This document shows positions 1-12,903 of a stretch of DNA of 64,000 bases, piece by piece (positions within the stretch are counted from its first letter, which is position 1; each line of letters begins with the position of its first letter). The position numbers and the translations under genes are program-made. The notes beneath the pieces were generated by a model. That model was not told where the DNA came from. It saw only the letters and a list, made by a program, of their open reading frames with translations, and did not search any database. Source of the DNA: Enoplolaimus lenunculus (taxonomy: Eukaryota); the NCBI GenBank assembly GCA_030248215.1, contig JASANG010000864.1:372001-436000 (forward strand), in the 5' to 3' direction.

Positions 1-1138
1 TCAGCTTCGATTTGAGCTTAAATTTAAAAATCGAGACAAATTTATGTTTCAATTTTTACCCCATTTAAGAGTCGGTTTAACGGCAACATTCACCGACGAA
101 AAGAAAACGCATGCTAATCGCGATACTGTTTCACAAATATCCGCTACAAAATACACAACTAAACCGGAAGCTGATTATAAGACGGAACCAGCTCCGCTAC
201 AAAATACACAACTAAAGCGGAAGCTGATTATAAGACGGAACCAGCAAGGACTATATTTAACCTCACATCAATTGTTTAGTAAAACGTGCCGGATTCAAAA
301 AAGAATCCTCGCCCGTTGATAAATACTGACACCGCCAAACGCTACTGTAGACCAGAAACGCTCGCATTCTAAACCGAAAACCCAAATGTTAACTTCGATG
401 CTAATGTATTTCATCATGAACTCGCTTAACAACCATAGTCTTGCGCTACTGCAAAATAACGCTGTGAAAACCAGACATTTGCATATATATTATATATTAG
501 CTAGATTTTGCACTAATTGCCTGCAATTGCAGTTGCATTTGCGTAATTTAATCAGTGCGTATTATTACTGCGTTTGACTTGTAATTCGATTGCAGCTTTG
601 AATCATCACGGGATTGCAAGGTTTAGCAATCTTAGAGTGTCACAACTGTGGGGGGAGCGTGTGTTAGGACTACGGCAAGTTTTGGACTGCCGAAGCATAT
701 AAATTGTGTCGAGATTAACATTCGAAGGAACTGGTGCTTCAGGAGCGGGACGTTTTTCCGTGGGACTAGAAAAGAGTAAGCTAAAGGTTTAGACTAATAT
801 TTTTGGCTGGCTTAGGTTTAGGCTAGGCTTAGGCTTAGGAATATGCTCATTCTTACGCTTAGGCTTAGGTTGAGGCTTACGCTTAGGCTGACGAATATGC
901 TTATAATACTGTTCCACCCATGTTCTTTACATTGCCCCCCCACCGCTCAAGTATCTATAATTATTACATAATCATATGCTTAGGCTTAGGCTAAAGATTA
1001 GGCTTGGCTTGAGCCCAGCCATGATGAGGCTTGAGATTTAAGCTTTAGCTTAGGCTTATTCTTTGGCATAGGCTTTGTGGGGCACGCCTTATGCTGAGGG
1101 GAAAGTCTACAATTACCAAGATTCTAATTTGAGCTCAC

Positions 1139-1541
1139 CACACCAACCCGTTTATATTCTTTGTCAGCTGCGTCTACACGCATGACTGAGTAAATTAGGC
1201 AATTTTAAGCTTTCAAATCCGTTTTATCGGTTGTTAAGCTGCAAATAGGTTTAGGCATCACATTTAAACCTAATTACAGATGGCGTAACCTGATTGGTTC
1301 AGGTTAACATGCGGAGAATTCGTGTCGTAGCAATAAACGCACTTAGTTCTATGGTATGGTCAATCTTGCGCAATGCACTTGGACTGCAAAGCGTCAAGTC
1401 GACGTAATTTGTGCTCGCCAAACGCAGGTCCGCATCCAGGGACGGGACAGACGGCTCAGATCCGCAAGAAATTTGTTAATTGCTCCACTAGAACAGCTTT
1501 AGTTCCGCGTGTTGTCTTGTTATTTCAACCGCATGTCCCTC
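1139..1541 (-). pseudogene. Possible decayed (or TGA-recoded) Cys-rich spliced coding segment
   Basis: 1541-1290 lies between TTTTAG and CAG|GTTACG. One frame has three TGA and no TAA/TAG, and splices in frame to a second exon-like segment 1185-1139 (CTCAG..GTGAGC). No start or end of gene identified. Confidence 0.3.
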
Positions 1542-1580
1542 CTAAAATAGTTTTGGGCCGCTCAAGCTTTAGCCTCTTTT

Positions 1581-1982
1581 GGTCACTTTTCACCTCCTCA
1601 CTCCTGCTGCAACCTTTGGCTGGATTGAAACGTGGGTCATTTTTTGTGGGAATCAATATTTCATTCCGATACTGGCCGTGCGAAAACGACCTGGCGTCTT
1701 TTTTAATGGGGGTCATTTTTCACCTCCTAGTCATTCCTGCTGCAACTTTTGGCTGGATTGAAACGTGGGTCATTTTTTATACGAATCCATATTTCATTTC
1801 GATACTGGCCGTGCGAAAATGACCTGGGGTCTCTTTTTAATGGGGGTCATTTTTTTCACACGAGAGTGGTACAAAAATAGGACCCCCAACGTGGGTCATT
1901 TTTGTGGGAATCAATATTTTATTCCGATACTGGCCGTGCGAAAATGACCTGGGGTCTCTTTTAATGGGGTTCTTTTTTCACA
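1581..1982. repeat. ~130-bp tandem repeat (2 full plus 1 partial)
   Basis: GGTCA..CACCTCCT..GCTGCAAC..GGCTGGATTGAAACGTGGGTCATTTTT..GATACTGGCCGTGCGAAAA at 1581, 1711 and ~1845-1890. Confidence 0.8.
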
Positions 1983-3829
1983 CGGTTATGCTACACAAAT
2001 CGAACCCCTATGAAAATATTCCCGGGGGTCATTTCTTGAGGGGTTATTTTTTAATGCGACACAGGTTTACATAAACCGGCCAGGCTGATTTTGAGTGCCA
2101 TTCCATCCCTGTGCCCACCATTTGCCTTGACCGCAGTGCTACACTCTTGGTGCACGAAAACAAATGGCTTGACCTTAGTTTAGTAGGTTAGTTGCACAAA
2201 TGTTCCAAAGTGAAACCCTGCCGGCAACCCTGGCATTAGATTTTAAAACGCTAACGACCATACCGGACACATAGCTAGCCAACATGCTAGGTTAGAGGAA
2301 GTAAAAAATTCAGGTGGGGCGAACGGAGATTACACAAGCATTTGCAAGCGAAATTAAAAACTTGGTCGCGGAGGGGGGTGGTAAAAATAATTGCATTTTT
2401 TACTTCCGCCCCCCGACTGAAACGCGAGGGATATTCTAGGCTATTTTCTATGTTGCATTAGTTTATTATTCTAGCGTAGAATAAAACAAAGTTTTAAAAT
2501 AAAATCAAAACAGTGGTTTTGGAATGTTCTAACATAGAATGGGCTTCACTTTACAGTGGGGTAGCAGGGCCACTGGGCTTTTCAGTCGGCGTCCTGGCGG
2601 TCGCATGCTGAACTACCCGCAATGAAATGTAGCAATTGCAAGCAGGATGACAAGCTACTGCTCCCAAGATCCATGCTCTAAGCGATAAAGCTCCTTGAGC
2701 ACCAAAACGCAGTCTAAACGTACATCATTAGAAATTTCTACTGTTCCAATAATAAATTGCTTAGTGTGGGTGCGGCTTGAAGGGCGGCATATCCCCGTTT
2801 GGAATTCAGCGGTCGGCTATCCTTCTGAGGACCCAATGAAAAAATGTGAGGGAGAGGTTTTCTATTGCGGGTGGGAAGGAAAAAAGCTGTTAAAACAGCG
2901 GTCATTGTCCGAATGCATTGGCAATAGAACGTACCCGTAGCCAAGGTGGGGGCCAGGGGGGCTCAGCCCTCCTGGAAAAATCTTGGCCCCGTTGAAAATT
3001 TGTAACCTTGTTGTAAGTCAACGAAAACCCTTGCATGTACCACTTGAAAAATTTTCAGACCCCCTAGCAAGGTGAGGTGCCCACGAGCCTGCAATAGCGT
3101 CTTAAGAATGTCTATCATCCGCTATATATCTGTCTCAAGTATAGTGTAAACGGATAGTAAAAATAACGGAAACGGATAGTGATCCATATAACCGAAACGT
3201 AAAATGGATCAAGTTTCAAAAAATGATTTATTTTTCTGCCAACACAATTGAAGCGTGCATAAATTTTTACGAGTCTTTCGAAAATTTCACTGGAAAATGG
3301 CGTGATGCATCGAAAATTTAAAAACTTTTTATGAATTTCATAAAATTGTTATTTCATTTCGAACAATTTCAGCATTTCTGTAAAATGAAAAATTGACAGA
3401 ATTATAACTGATTTATAACTTATTTTGAACGTAAAAATAACTTACATTCCATTATTTCTATACCGGAAACGGAAATGGACACCAGTTTTTGCCGGAAACG
3501 GAAACAAATATCCGGTTACACCTTACTTTTTCGTCAACACAAACGCTACTGATAAAACACCATCGGCAGTTGTTATACAGTATATTAAGGGTTAAAAATT
3601 AACTATCATAATGTAAATAATACGTGTCTTGTTTGGATCTTTTAATACTGCACACATCTGTTCATCGTAACAAAATCCTAACTGATAAAAAGTTAACGTT
3701 TGAGCCTAAAACTTTTATTTTGTTATTGGACCCTGCGTGTTGCGTTTGAATCTACGACACTTTGTCGCCCTGGCAACTTGTCGCCCAACAGTGTCCAAAA
3801 GCCTATGAAAAAAATCTAAGCATAATCAT

Positions 3830-4040
3830 AAGCGTAATCCTAATCCTAGGCCTAAGCCTAAGCGTAATCCTAATCCTAGGCCTAAGCCTAAGTGTAATCC
3901 TAATCCTAGGCCTAAGCTTAAGCGTAATCCTAATCCTAGGCCTAAGTCTAAGCGTAATCCTAATCCTAGGCCTAAGACTAAGCGTAATCCTAATCCTAGG
4001 CCTAAGCCTAAGCGTAATCCTAATCCTACGCGTAAAGCCT
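3830..4040. repeat. 30-bp tandem repeat x7 built from telomere-hexamer variants
   Basis: AGCGTAATCCTAATCCTAGGCCTAAGCCTA repeated. Confidence 0.9.
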
Positions 4041-5109
4041 AAGCATAATGTTGGGTGAGAAATTGTCGAGTCGATGAAATTTCGGATTACAAGTTACCGG
4101 ACGACGAGTTGCCGTGCGACGAATTGTCGTGGTACCCTAGGTTGCGTTTCAAATTACGCAGCAAATGATTAAATAACAAGAGGTGCGCTGTGCCTCGTCG
4201 CATGCACGTTCACCAGCTCACCTTGCTAGGGGCGGGCTAAAGGGTATACAAGGGCTTTCGATGACTTATAAGCAAAGTTGAAAATTTTCTAGGGTGGAGG
4301 GGGCAAAATTTCTCCGGGGGTTATCTAGTGTTACAGCGCTAAAAGTAACGTTTCCGCGGAATTTTGTCAACTCAAAGTTCAAGAAAACACCATATTAGAA
4401 AGAAATTTTTTGGTCTCTCAGAAATCGCTTTGTTAACATCATGAACACTTTCATACAGTCGCGAAATCGTTTCTAGTCTGTCATCAGGATAATACTGCTT
4501 TTCGCTAGTCAGCGGTCAGAGTTTCAAGTGCATTCAATGCAGCCGAAACAATTTGGTACATCACAATGATCACAAGCAAACTGATTTCAGTGGCAAAATT
4601 AATAAACCAACTTCTGATTCAACAGCAAATATACGGATTACACTGTATATAACACACACGTCGATTTCGAACCGACACAAAATGTCATTAATTGCAAAAG
4701 TACCAAAATTTGCAGAATTACACTTTGCTACTGAGAAAGCCTAAATACTGTTCTGTATAAACTGTGAAATAAAACCTATATTTGGGTTTTACGACTAAAA
4801 ATACACAAAAACGCAATCTAAAAATTCCGGATTCCAGTTCTGATTCCGGTTCCGACCAGCAAATTCAATTGGGATTCCGACAAAAATCGCGTTTCGATTG
4901 GAACCCTGCAAGCTTCTAAAGCGTAAACGGTGTATTTATGCGCCGGGAAAGCGCTAGTAAAAAACATTTTTTAAATGAATCATCATAGAAAATACTAAAC
5001 GCACTATTTAAAGCAGTTTTCCATAGACAAACAACGCGGCAGCCCCCGTGTTTATAGTAGGTAGACAACAGTGAAGCAAAAGTTGCGTATATTTTGTGGG
5101 TCCGTAAAA

Positions 5110-5474
5110 CCAAGAATGGATGATCAATCTTTATAACAAGAGTGTGCAACTGGGTACATTCTGTGTATTAAAGAATATACCCGGCACGCGTTGCGTTTTT
5201 GGCCTCCCCCCCTTGTTTAGGGGGTCTGTATGCAGTTTTATAAACGTAAACCTCTTGTGTTTGCTAGAAGCAAATTGTAACCCCCCCTTGTTTAAGGGGG
5301 TGGGGGGTAGGTGTACTGAAGCATACTATGTTAATCTCTTTCTTACCCCCCCCCCCTGATTGAGGGGGGGGGGGGGGGTTGAACAAAAATGCCACGCGTG
5401 CTGGTACATTTAGTATCATGCACAGCCCAAGCAGTTGCACACTCTTCACCAAGGTGGACATCATCAACTCTTGG
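5110..5474. mobile_element. Solo MITE of the CCAAGAGTG family
   Basis: TAAAA|CCAAGAATGGATGA ... TCATCAACTCTTGG|TAAAA, i.e. a 5-bp TSD; long subterminal inverted repeats. Confidence 0.75.
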
Positions 5475-6302
5475 TAAAACTAAAGGAACACCAATAGGGT
5501 TTCAGGACTCATGAAACTATTTTGAGTTTCTTTATAAAATTTTGAGCCTTGTTTGTATTTAGTCATCGAAAACCCTTGTATGTCTGACGTGAAAAACCTT
5601 TAGCCCCCCCAAGCAAGGTGAGCTGGTTGCGCGAATGATGTTTTGGTAAAAAAATGGTTTCTATTTTGTCAAAGTTTGAATCAGTGAAATTTCAAAGATT
5701 CAGTATTTATCTAAGGAAGGTGGGGCATAGGCGAATTTTATACAGTCAGCCAAAACATAAATGCCAATTCACACTGGCCAACAGCTTCGTTCGTTTGATG
5801 GAAAACAGCTTAACAGTCTTGGTTTTTATTTTTAATCAAAAGTTAAATTAAAAAATTAAGAATAAATTAACGGCACTAAACCAGTCATTCAACGCAAAAA
5901 ATGACACAATTTAGCTCAGCGCAAAACATATTCCACAGTTTAAACCTCCTCAGTGTATTATGACAAACACGCGATAAGCCTAGTGTAACAAACACGAGTA
6001 GAAGACAAAGCTTAAGCCTACGCCCAAACAAAAAATAGCCTAAAATTTAAGCCTACTCTATTGGGGTCTAGTGTCGAGAAAGCAAGGCACCACTAAAAGT
6101 AACATGGGCTGATGTATGTACGGTCAAGCGTAAGGATATTTCAATGTTGTTGTTTTTCTTGGAACGTTGTATATAGTTCGTGGGTAGGGTAACATTCGAT
6201 AAAATCTCTGTTGCAGTGATTTAAACCGGAAGCAAATAAACCAAATCAACTCAATTTCAGGTGGCCAACGCAAGTATTTATTGGTAAGTCGCAATCTTTT
6301 AA

Positions 6303-6565
6303 CCCTTTCTCACATGAATATTTTCTATTTCCCCTGAGACCTACTTTTATCCTAGGATTCGAACTCCAGTGACTGGAGTGGGAGGCGTATACCATCACCA
6401 CTCAACAATAGGAGCTTGACGCTCGAGCCCGAGGGGGCTCTCACGTCTTGTGGTGATTTAGTACTATGTATACGTGTTGTAATTGTTAAACACGGTGCGA
6501 TATATACTATGTAACGTATATACGCTGCGCTGAGTTGCGTACACGCAACTCAATGTGAGAAGGGG
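6303..6565. mobile_element. piggyBac-type (TTAA) MITE, 263 bp, with internal tRNA-derived cassette
   Basis: TTAA|CCCTTTCTCACAT ... ATGTGAGAAGGGG|TTAA; internal A-box/B-box tRNA-like sequence on the minus strand. Confidence 0.82.
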
Positions 6566-8017
6566 TTAAACCAAATGCAAAGAACTATTGAGGCAGTTGC
6601 ACAAAAATAGCGATTATAAAATTGCACGTCTTGCGCTCATAACAGTCAACTTGTGAGCCAGCGTGCTTTGTTCAGCGAAACAAGTTAAAACAAGCGCTTA
6701 AGAAACGAAAATTGAGGTTTTGAAACCAAAAAAGAAACGCAAAATTAAACTTCGAATATCCAAATAGAAAATTTAATTGCTGATATCCGTAAATATCCGG
6801 CAATGAACTGCTGGATATTGGGATATGAAAAAATAATCGATGCCTATCACTACTGGCAGACGTTTTGGGTTCTAATAAGCCCGTCACGTTTTTTGCCTTT
6901 CAAAAGTGGGAGATCAAAAACATCTACCACGTTTTATGCTCAAAAAGTGGGGGTGGGGGTAAGTGACCCTCCACTCTCTCGAGATTGGCGCCCATACGTT
7001 CGACGTAGCAAGCAGAACTGAGTCAAACGGTTTTAAATTTTGCACTATCAGACTTCTGGTTAACGAATTACGGTGGAATAACTTATTTGGCGCACTTCCA
7101 ACGTTTTGGGACTGCGTCAAAATGTTATTTGACCATAACTCGATAGCCAGACGTTCGGTTGTGGGAAACCTAACTCCATTCGACTCTTCTGTGCATGCTG
7201 CGTCGAATGGTGTTTAGCTTATCAACTTATCTAACTTTTTGACCAAAAATTTTTTGGGTCCCAAGGGTACCTTAGGACCTCAAAAATCGAATTTTTCAAA
7301 ACTTCAAAATTGGGCTTGGAACGATCAGGGGAAGCTGTGAGAAGCTCAAGTATGCAAAAATTTTCAAAATTCAACCATTCTTGTACAAACGCCAGCAGGG
7401 GCGCATAACCGAACCAACACAAAATTGTGCAATGCATACAATTTATCTAAATCTCAGACTGTGCTTTCTAACCAAATAGGTGAAACATATGGCGACTGGT
7501 GAGGTTACATCAGAAAATCAAAAAATTTTCTGGTCAATTTTAAAATATCACAAAATTTTGGCCCAAGTATATAACACGGCCGGAACAGTAATATAAGCGT
7601 ACTCCTAAACCTAAGCCTTCTCCTAAGCGTATGGATGAGCCTATTCCTAAGCCTAAGCCTAAGCCTAAGCAAAAAAATTAGTCTAAAGCTTAAACTGACC
7701 CTATTGTAGCCCCTCCAGAAAGCGATCCGGCTCTGTTCTATACATGGGCCTCAACAAAAACGCTAATATTCCACAACACAAAAACTGTCCTCCCACCCAC
7801 CAGAAAATCATCCTGGATCCGCCGCTGTGAAGCGCCACTGTAAGCATATAAGAAAATTAAAACTTCTCCGCCACCTGTATGCGATTCAACCGTTTCACCC
7901 AACAAATACAACTCAATTTCATATCTTAGGACTTGTAACTTTCAACGATTTTGCGTGTATTTTCGCTACAAAATTTCATAAAACAACATACAAATTGCAC
8001 ATTTCGTAAATAAATCA

Positions 8018-8081
<64 letters not shown>

Positions 8082-8115
8082 ATATATATATTTATATATA
8101 TAAGTATATATATAT
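8018..8115. repeat. (TA)n microsatellite
   Basis: Directly visible. Confidence 0.95.
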
Positions 8116-8769
8116 TTCTAAATTAATTTGTACAACTTCACTAAGTGATGGGCAAGTTTTCAAGCAAAAAGCAGTGGTACTTGAAAACGAGTTACGTTTT
8201 CATTCGCCGGCTGCAAATTAATAATGATGTTTGTCTTTGTGAAATATGACATCGTCTGCTTTGTATTAATCTACAAATGTTTTAAAATTTTAAATGAGAC
8301 ATTAATAAATTAGTTTGGTGACCGCTTTTTGTACAGCGTCACACAAAGGCGTTTACGATAGAACTCGAAAAGCTTGAAGTATAATTGAGTTTAAGACTTT
8401 CGGCTTAGGCTCTACAATATAAAATTACATTTGGATTATAATGCAAAGTTTTACTAGTGTTAACAAGGGTAAATTTTAATTCATAAAATCTTAATGTAAT
8501 TGAATTAAGCCTGCTGATTAAAAAGTTTGCGAGTAAACGTTACTACGAGCTGTCTCAATCCCGTTGGTCGCCTACAATGGTTACGGATTTGGCCCATGTT
8601 TAAGTATAGGTTCGTCCAACTGTCAGACACGGGGCTGGGAGACTTAAAGTCTGCGAAACTTTAGGTTTAGGATTACGCTTATGTTTTAGGCTTAAAATTC
8701 GGCTTGTTTAGACTTAAGCTTTTGTTTTAGGCAAGGCTTAGTCCTATTACTCAAGCTTAGGCTTAAATT

Positions 8770-8966
8770 GGCCCATGAATAGAACAGGGCCGAATCGTTT
8801 TCCGGAGGGGCTATAATAGAGTCAATTTAAGCTTTAGACTAATTTTTTTGCTTAGGCATAGGCTTAGGCTTAGCAATAGGCTCATTCATGCGCTTAGGCT
8901 TAGGCTAAGGCTTAGGCTTAGGAATATGCTTATACTACTGTTTCGGCCATGTTCTATACATGGGCC
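8770..8966. mobile_element. Merlin-like MITE carrying TTAGGC repeats (subfamily B)
   Basis: TIR GGCCCATG(A/T)ATAGAACAGGGCCG; 8-bp TSD CTTAAATT on both sides; internal TTAGGC arrays. Related copies near 7561-7750, 13241-13450, 16633-16830, 32492-32711, 33186-33389, 39284-39483 and 57836-58045. Confidence 0.8.
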
Positions 8967-9356
8967 CTTAAATTATGCTTAGGTTATATGCTCAAAATTA
9001 TTGGGCAGCTCAATATTGTTTATGCGGTTCGCGATATTAGTCGACAAACCATACGCTCAGTTCGAGTAGAATTCGAATTGCTTAATAAATTGCACTCGTT
9101 TTATTTGCATATTTGTCCTATTTTACATCGTGTATAATTTGTACTCTACAACGAACAGTCAAATACTCTTAAATGACGCATTAAATAATATAATTTTATT
9201 TGAACAAACGACAATCTTTATAAGCAACGAAATGAGTCAAATTTATTTCGTTTAAAATCTGTCGATCGCTTTTATATAAGTTTCCGAAGCGTAGGTAGAT
9301 CAATGTCTCTATGAGTTAATGTATAAAACAGTGGCAGAACAGTAGCGTAAAGCATA

Positions 9357-9787
9357 CTATAGTGACCAGAATAAGATGGGGACGGATATTTATTTGGCCT
9401 CTCCAGAGGGCATCTCCGTGTTATTTGGTTACGGCTGTTGTTTATTTTTAACCTGCCTTTCGTTACTGATATATTTCCGGCATTGTAACTATCCGTTGAA
9501 TTAAACGTTTATTTGTCTTGTATCAAATCCTTGACCGACAATTTAAGGTTACTTAATAATGTACTTTCAAAACTTAAGTAGATATGCTTTAAAGTTTCGA
9601 ACTCAACTTGTTTTGGTCCTGAAGTCATTTGTGCACTACAGTTAGCGATAATTGGCATTTATGGGCTCTAATTAGGGTTTAGGGACTCCATCTGCTTACG
9701 GACTCTTATTAGGGGTACGGACTCCAGCAGATTGGGACTCAAAATGGGGACCTCCTTATTACCCCTCTCTTATTCGGGTCACAACAG
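9357..9787. mobile_element. TA-flanked (Tc1/mariner-type) MITE, ~430 bp
   Basis: TA|CTATAGTGACCAGAATAAGA ... TCTTATTCGGGTCACAACAG|TA. Related copies at 57029-57317, 63568-64000, ~24640-25028 and 29638-29744. Confidence 0.7.
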
Positions 9788-10620
9788 TAATTGTATTTTA
9801 TGTCACGAAAATATTTTGCGCTAAGTTGCTCATAGAATATCCTACACGCGAAAGGTTTAACGTTTTCATGATTTTAGTCCATGATATTAGAATCTCAAAT
9901 ACCTTTCTAATCTAGCTTGGTGACTTTGAACTGTTTGAAAAAAGGTTAAACAATTTGGCCATTGTATAGATTAAGGTCCTAACAATATTTAGACCCATTT
10001 GACCATTTAATTCAAATTTGAACAATGAACTTAACAAAACCTTTAATATTAATATTCAAATTATATTTGAAAAATTTACATTTTAACAATTAAAATTTTA
10101 ACCGAAAAAATAAAGTCTCAGTTTGACCTAGCATAAAAACAGCTATTTCTCACAAAAAATGTTCTATCACCGTTTGATGCGAGTCGCTATCGGATCGTCA
10201 AGAAATTATGCTTTGGTGACTACGAACTTGCTGATTCTTTTAGTTTGACAGGGGCAATGCAAAGAACAAGGGCGGAACATTATTATAAGCATATTCCTAA
10301 GCCTAAGTCTAAGCCTAAATCAAAGCCTAGGCGTAAGAATGAGTTTATTCTTAAGCCTAAGCCTAAGCCAAGCAAAAAATAGTTTAAAGCTTAAGCTTAT
10401 TCTATTGCAGTCCCGCGGAAAATCTTTTAATTTGACAGTATTAATGACTAACAAATAACCAAGAGTTCTGCTCATAAAATCAATCAACAAATTATGTTAG
10501 TTTTTCCCAAATTCTTAGTACCTAAGGCCTAAGCAACTTCGCTTCACTGTTTCGACTTCTGTCATCAATCAATCTGAAATTTGAAACAAATTATAAATAC
10601 CCAACGTCACTTCATTCTGC

Positions 10621-10838
10621 GCCCATATTCTCAAATGCGTGTAGCACCTATCACCAGTTAGCGGTATGTTTTCAAACAGACGAACATCTGCAGTTGCAGA
10701 TCTCAAACTTTGTACATAAGTAGGGAAATCAAACGCAAACAATGTGTTGAATTTCGAACTTCACCATGTGCTGGTTCCAAAGTTACGTGACCTGTCACCA
10801 ACTGGTGATAAGTGCTACTCACATTTGATAATACGGGC
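10621..10838. mobile_element. MITE with ~35-bp TIRs
   Basis: GCCCATATTCTCAAATGCGTGTAGCACCTATCACCAGT ... ACTGGTGATAAGTGCTACTCACATTTGATAATACGGGC; related copy at ~36567-36785. Confidence 0.65.
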
Positions 10839-11365
10839 TCTTATCTAAAAATCAGTTCTAGACAAGACAGGCTTTTACACATCCAGCAAACACAAGCGAC
10901 AAAGTTTACTAAATTTGTATTTTAACACCGAGTAAAATTTGTAAAATTAGCAATATTTGGTATAATCGTAAAAAGCGCCTTTGCTCACTACTTTAAATAG
11001 GCATGCGAATTTTAACTAAAATAAAATTTAGTGAGTTTCGTTTTTTAAGTCTACAAAAAAATTTTCACAGGAATACTGAAAAATAGACCACGTTTTCATT
11101 GGCTTCACTCTCTGTCAACGCCTTAGAAACAAAACTACCATTTGTGTAGGGCCGGAACAGCCATCATCCATACCCCCATTTGGGGACGGCCAAGAGGTCC
11201 CACCTTTAAACAAGATTGAAAACAAATAAATTGAAAAAATTTCAGGTCATCGAAAGGCATCCCTCTCCGGATTTTTGAGTGGGGGCCACTCTAGCCATCT
11301 CCGGCACTGCATTTGTAACTTCAAGAATTGCCAGCAATATAGTATATAATTTGGCTTACCAATGT

Positions 11366-12903
11366 TTACCCAAACCGCCGCTTGCATTCTGGCCAAATCC
11401 CGTTATATCCGTACGGTCCACATTGAATGATGTATTCGTTTCCGCTCATCGACTTTTTAAGCAATGGATCATATAGCCGGTAGCCACGGTTACAGGTAAA
11501 TTTGACTTGTTCACCCAGCCGAACTGTGGTGTCACCAAGGATAAGGGTTCGACCGACCACAGATGCTAACCCGTTTTGAATCGAACCAAAAAATTTGCAG
11601 TTTCCTTAAATTCAAACTTCAACCAATAAAATTCAATTGTGAGCGAAATTTCCTGAATTATTAATTTCATTGAACGAAATTATCGTTGTGCTTCTACTGG
11701 CAGATTTGGCCGCTGATCACCCAGGTGTTTGCTCTGCCAACAGAGATCAAAGCACCAAAATTTGCGTTAAGATTTAGTACTAAAATTGCGTTTGGCTTCT
11801 CGCTCGCTTGTTTTGCAAGCTGATTTCACGATCACACGGGATGCCGTTAGAAAATTTACAGTACGTCATTGAAGGATATTCAAGAATGACGTCATAAAGG
11901 TATTTGTAAGGTTTAGACGTTTTATTAGACTAATGGCAGCCGCATGGCCGATAGAGAATTAGCGGCTGTCCCACTGTTTGACAATTTTCACCTTTGTTGA
12001 ATGACGTTTAGCCCAACTGGTTAAAAAGTTTTGCTGACACGTTGGTCTCAGCAGTTTAATTGGCCCATTTTGGTGTAGTTGGTAAGCTGCAAGCTTGCTT
12101 TATAACAAGACCTTTATAAAAAACCTTCGACCCGAGAATGACACCAAATATAACTGCAGTAGATTTTATTAACTTTTGTTTTAAAATTGTCATTCAGGTG
12201 TGAAATAAAATATTTTCAAACTAGGGGAACAACACCCTGTCAGGCTCTTGTACGTACACTTTACCTGCATTCCAGATTATAGCTTAGGCTTAGGATTAGA
12301 CATAGACTAGACAAAGGTTTAGGCTTATGATTAGGCTTAGTAAAGCCTTTTCGGAAACTTAAGTCTAAGCCTATGCCTGAGTCTGAGTTTGAGCCTAAGC
12401 ATGTGGGTGCGGTGCCAGCCTAAGCCTATGCCAAAGCCAGAGTTTTAGCCTTAACCTATGGACGCGGGGTACAAAAGTTTTCTGTGACGGGGTGTATGGA
12501 AGTTTATAATTAGAGCGCACCGGCGTGTTTACTTTCTGGTTTCACACCTACACTCAAAATAATATTTTTCAACTTTAAGAAAAAATTTCTTACATTTAAT
12601 AAGAAATATAATTAGTAAGTTGCACTTGGAAACATATTTCTGTTATAACAGAAAAGTTTGCAAAAAAGTTGTGAAATAAAAGTCTGAAAATAAATGTTTT
12701 CCAGTTATTTTTAGAAAAATTGTCTTAAATATCAGGAAAAAAACTTTTCAGATTTGCCACATTTTCTGAATAACTTCAAAAATACTTTTTTGTGTGTAGC
12801 CATAATCGAATTAAAGCTTCAACTTACGCATTCGTGGTTCTGCTTGACTATTAATTGCGAATAGCATCACAACGAGCATCAATTGACCGACAAAGTATCG
12901 CAT
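11366..12903 (-). CDS. Small secreted single Sushi/CCP-domain protein, paralog A (~104 aa)
   Basis: Exon 1 12903-12828 encodes a signal peptide MRYFVGQLMLVVMLFAINSQAEPRM (donor GTAAGT, phase 1). Exon 2 11604-11366 (acceptor TTTAAG) encodes RNCKFFGSIQNGLASVVGR..GEQVKFTCNRGYRL..IQCGPYGYNGIWPECKRRFG*. Four Cys, the F-x-C-x-x-G-Y motif and a W-P-x-C end match the CCP pattern. Confidence 0.88.
12551..12797. mobile_element. AT-rich dispersed repeat / MITE
   Basis: TACACTCAAAATAATATTT.. is highly similar to ~54168-54413; two dispersed copies in the window. Confidence 0.6.

Noticed and set aside
277..448. Minus-strand open frame after a TTGCAG acceptor as a MATH-like continuation of the 1139-1541 segment
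   Set aside because: Splice phase does not match the 1139 donor and the resemblance is too weak to support.
2586..2850. GC-richer coding-like segment (MKCSNCKQDDK..)
   Set aside because: Multiple TAA/TAG/TGA stops in the frames examined and no recognisable family; probably decayed sequence.
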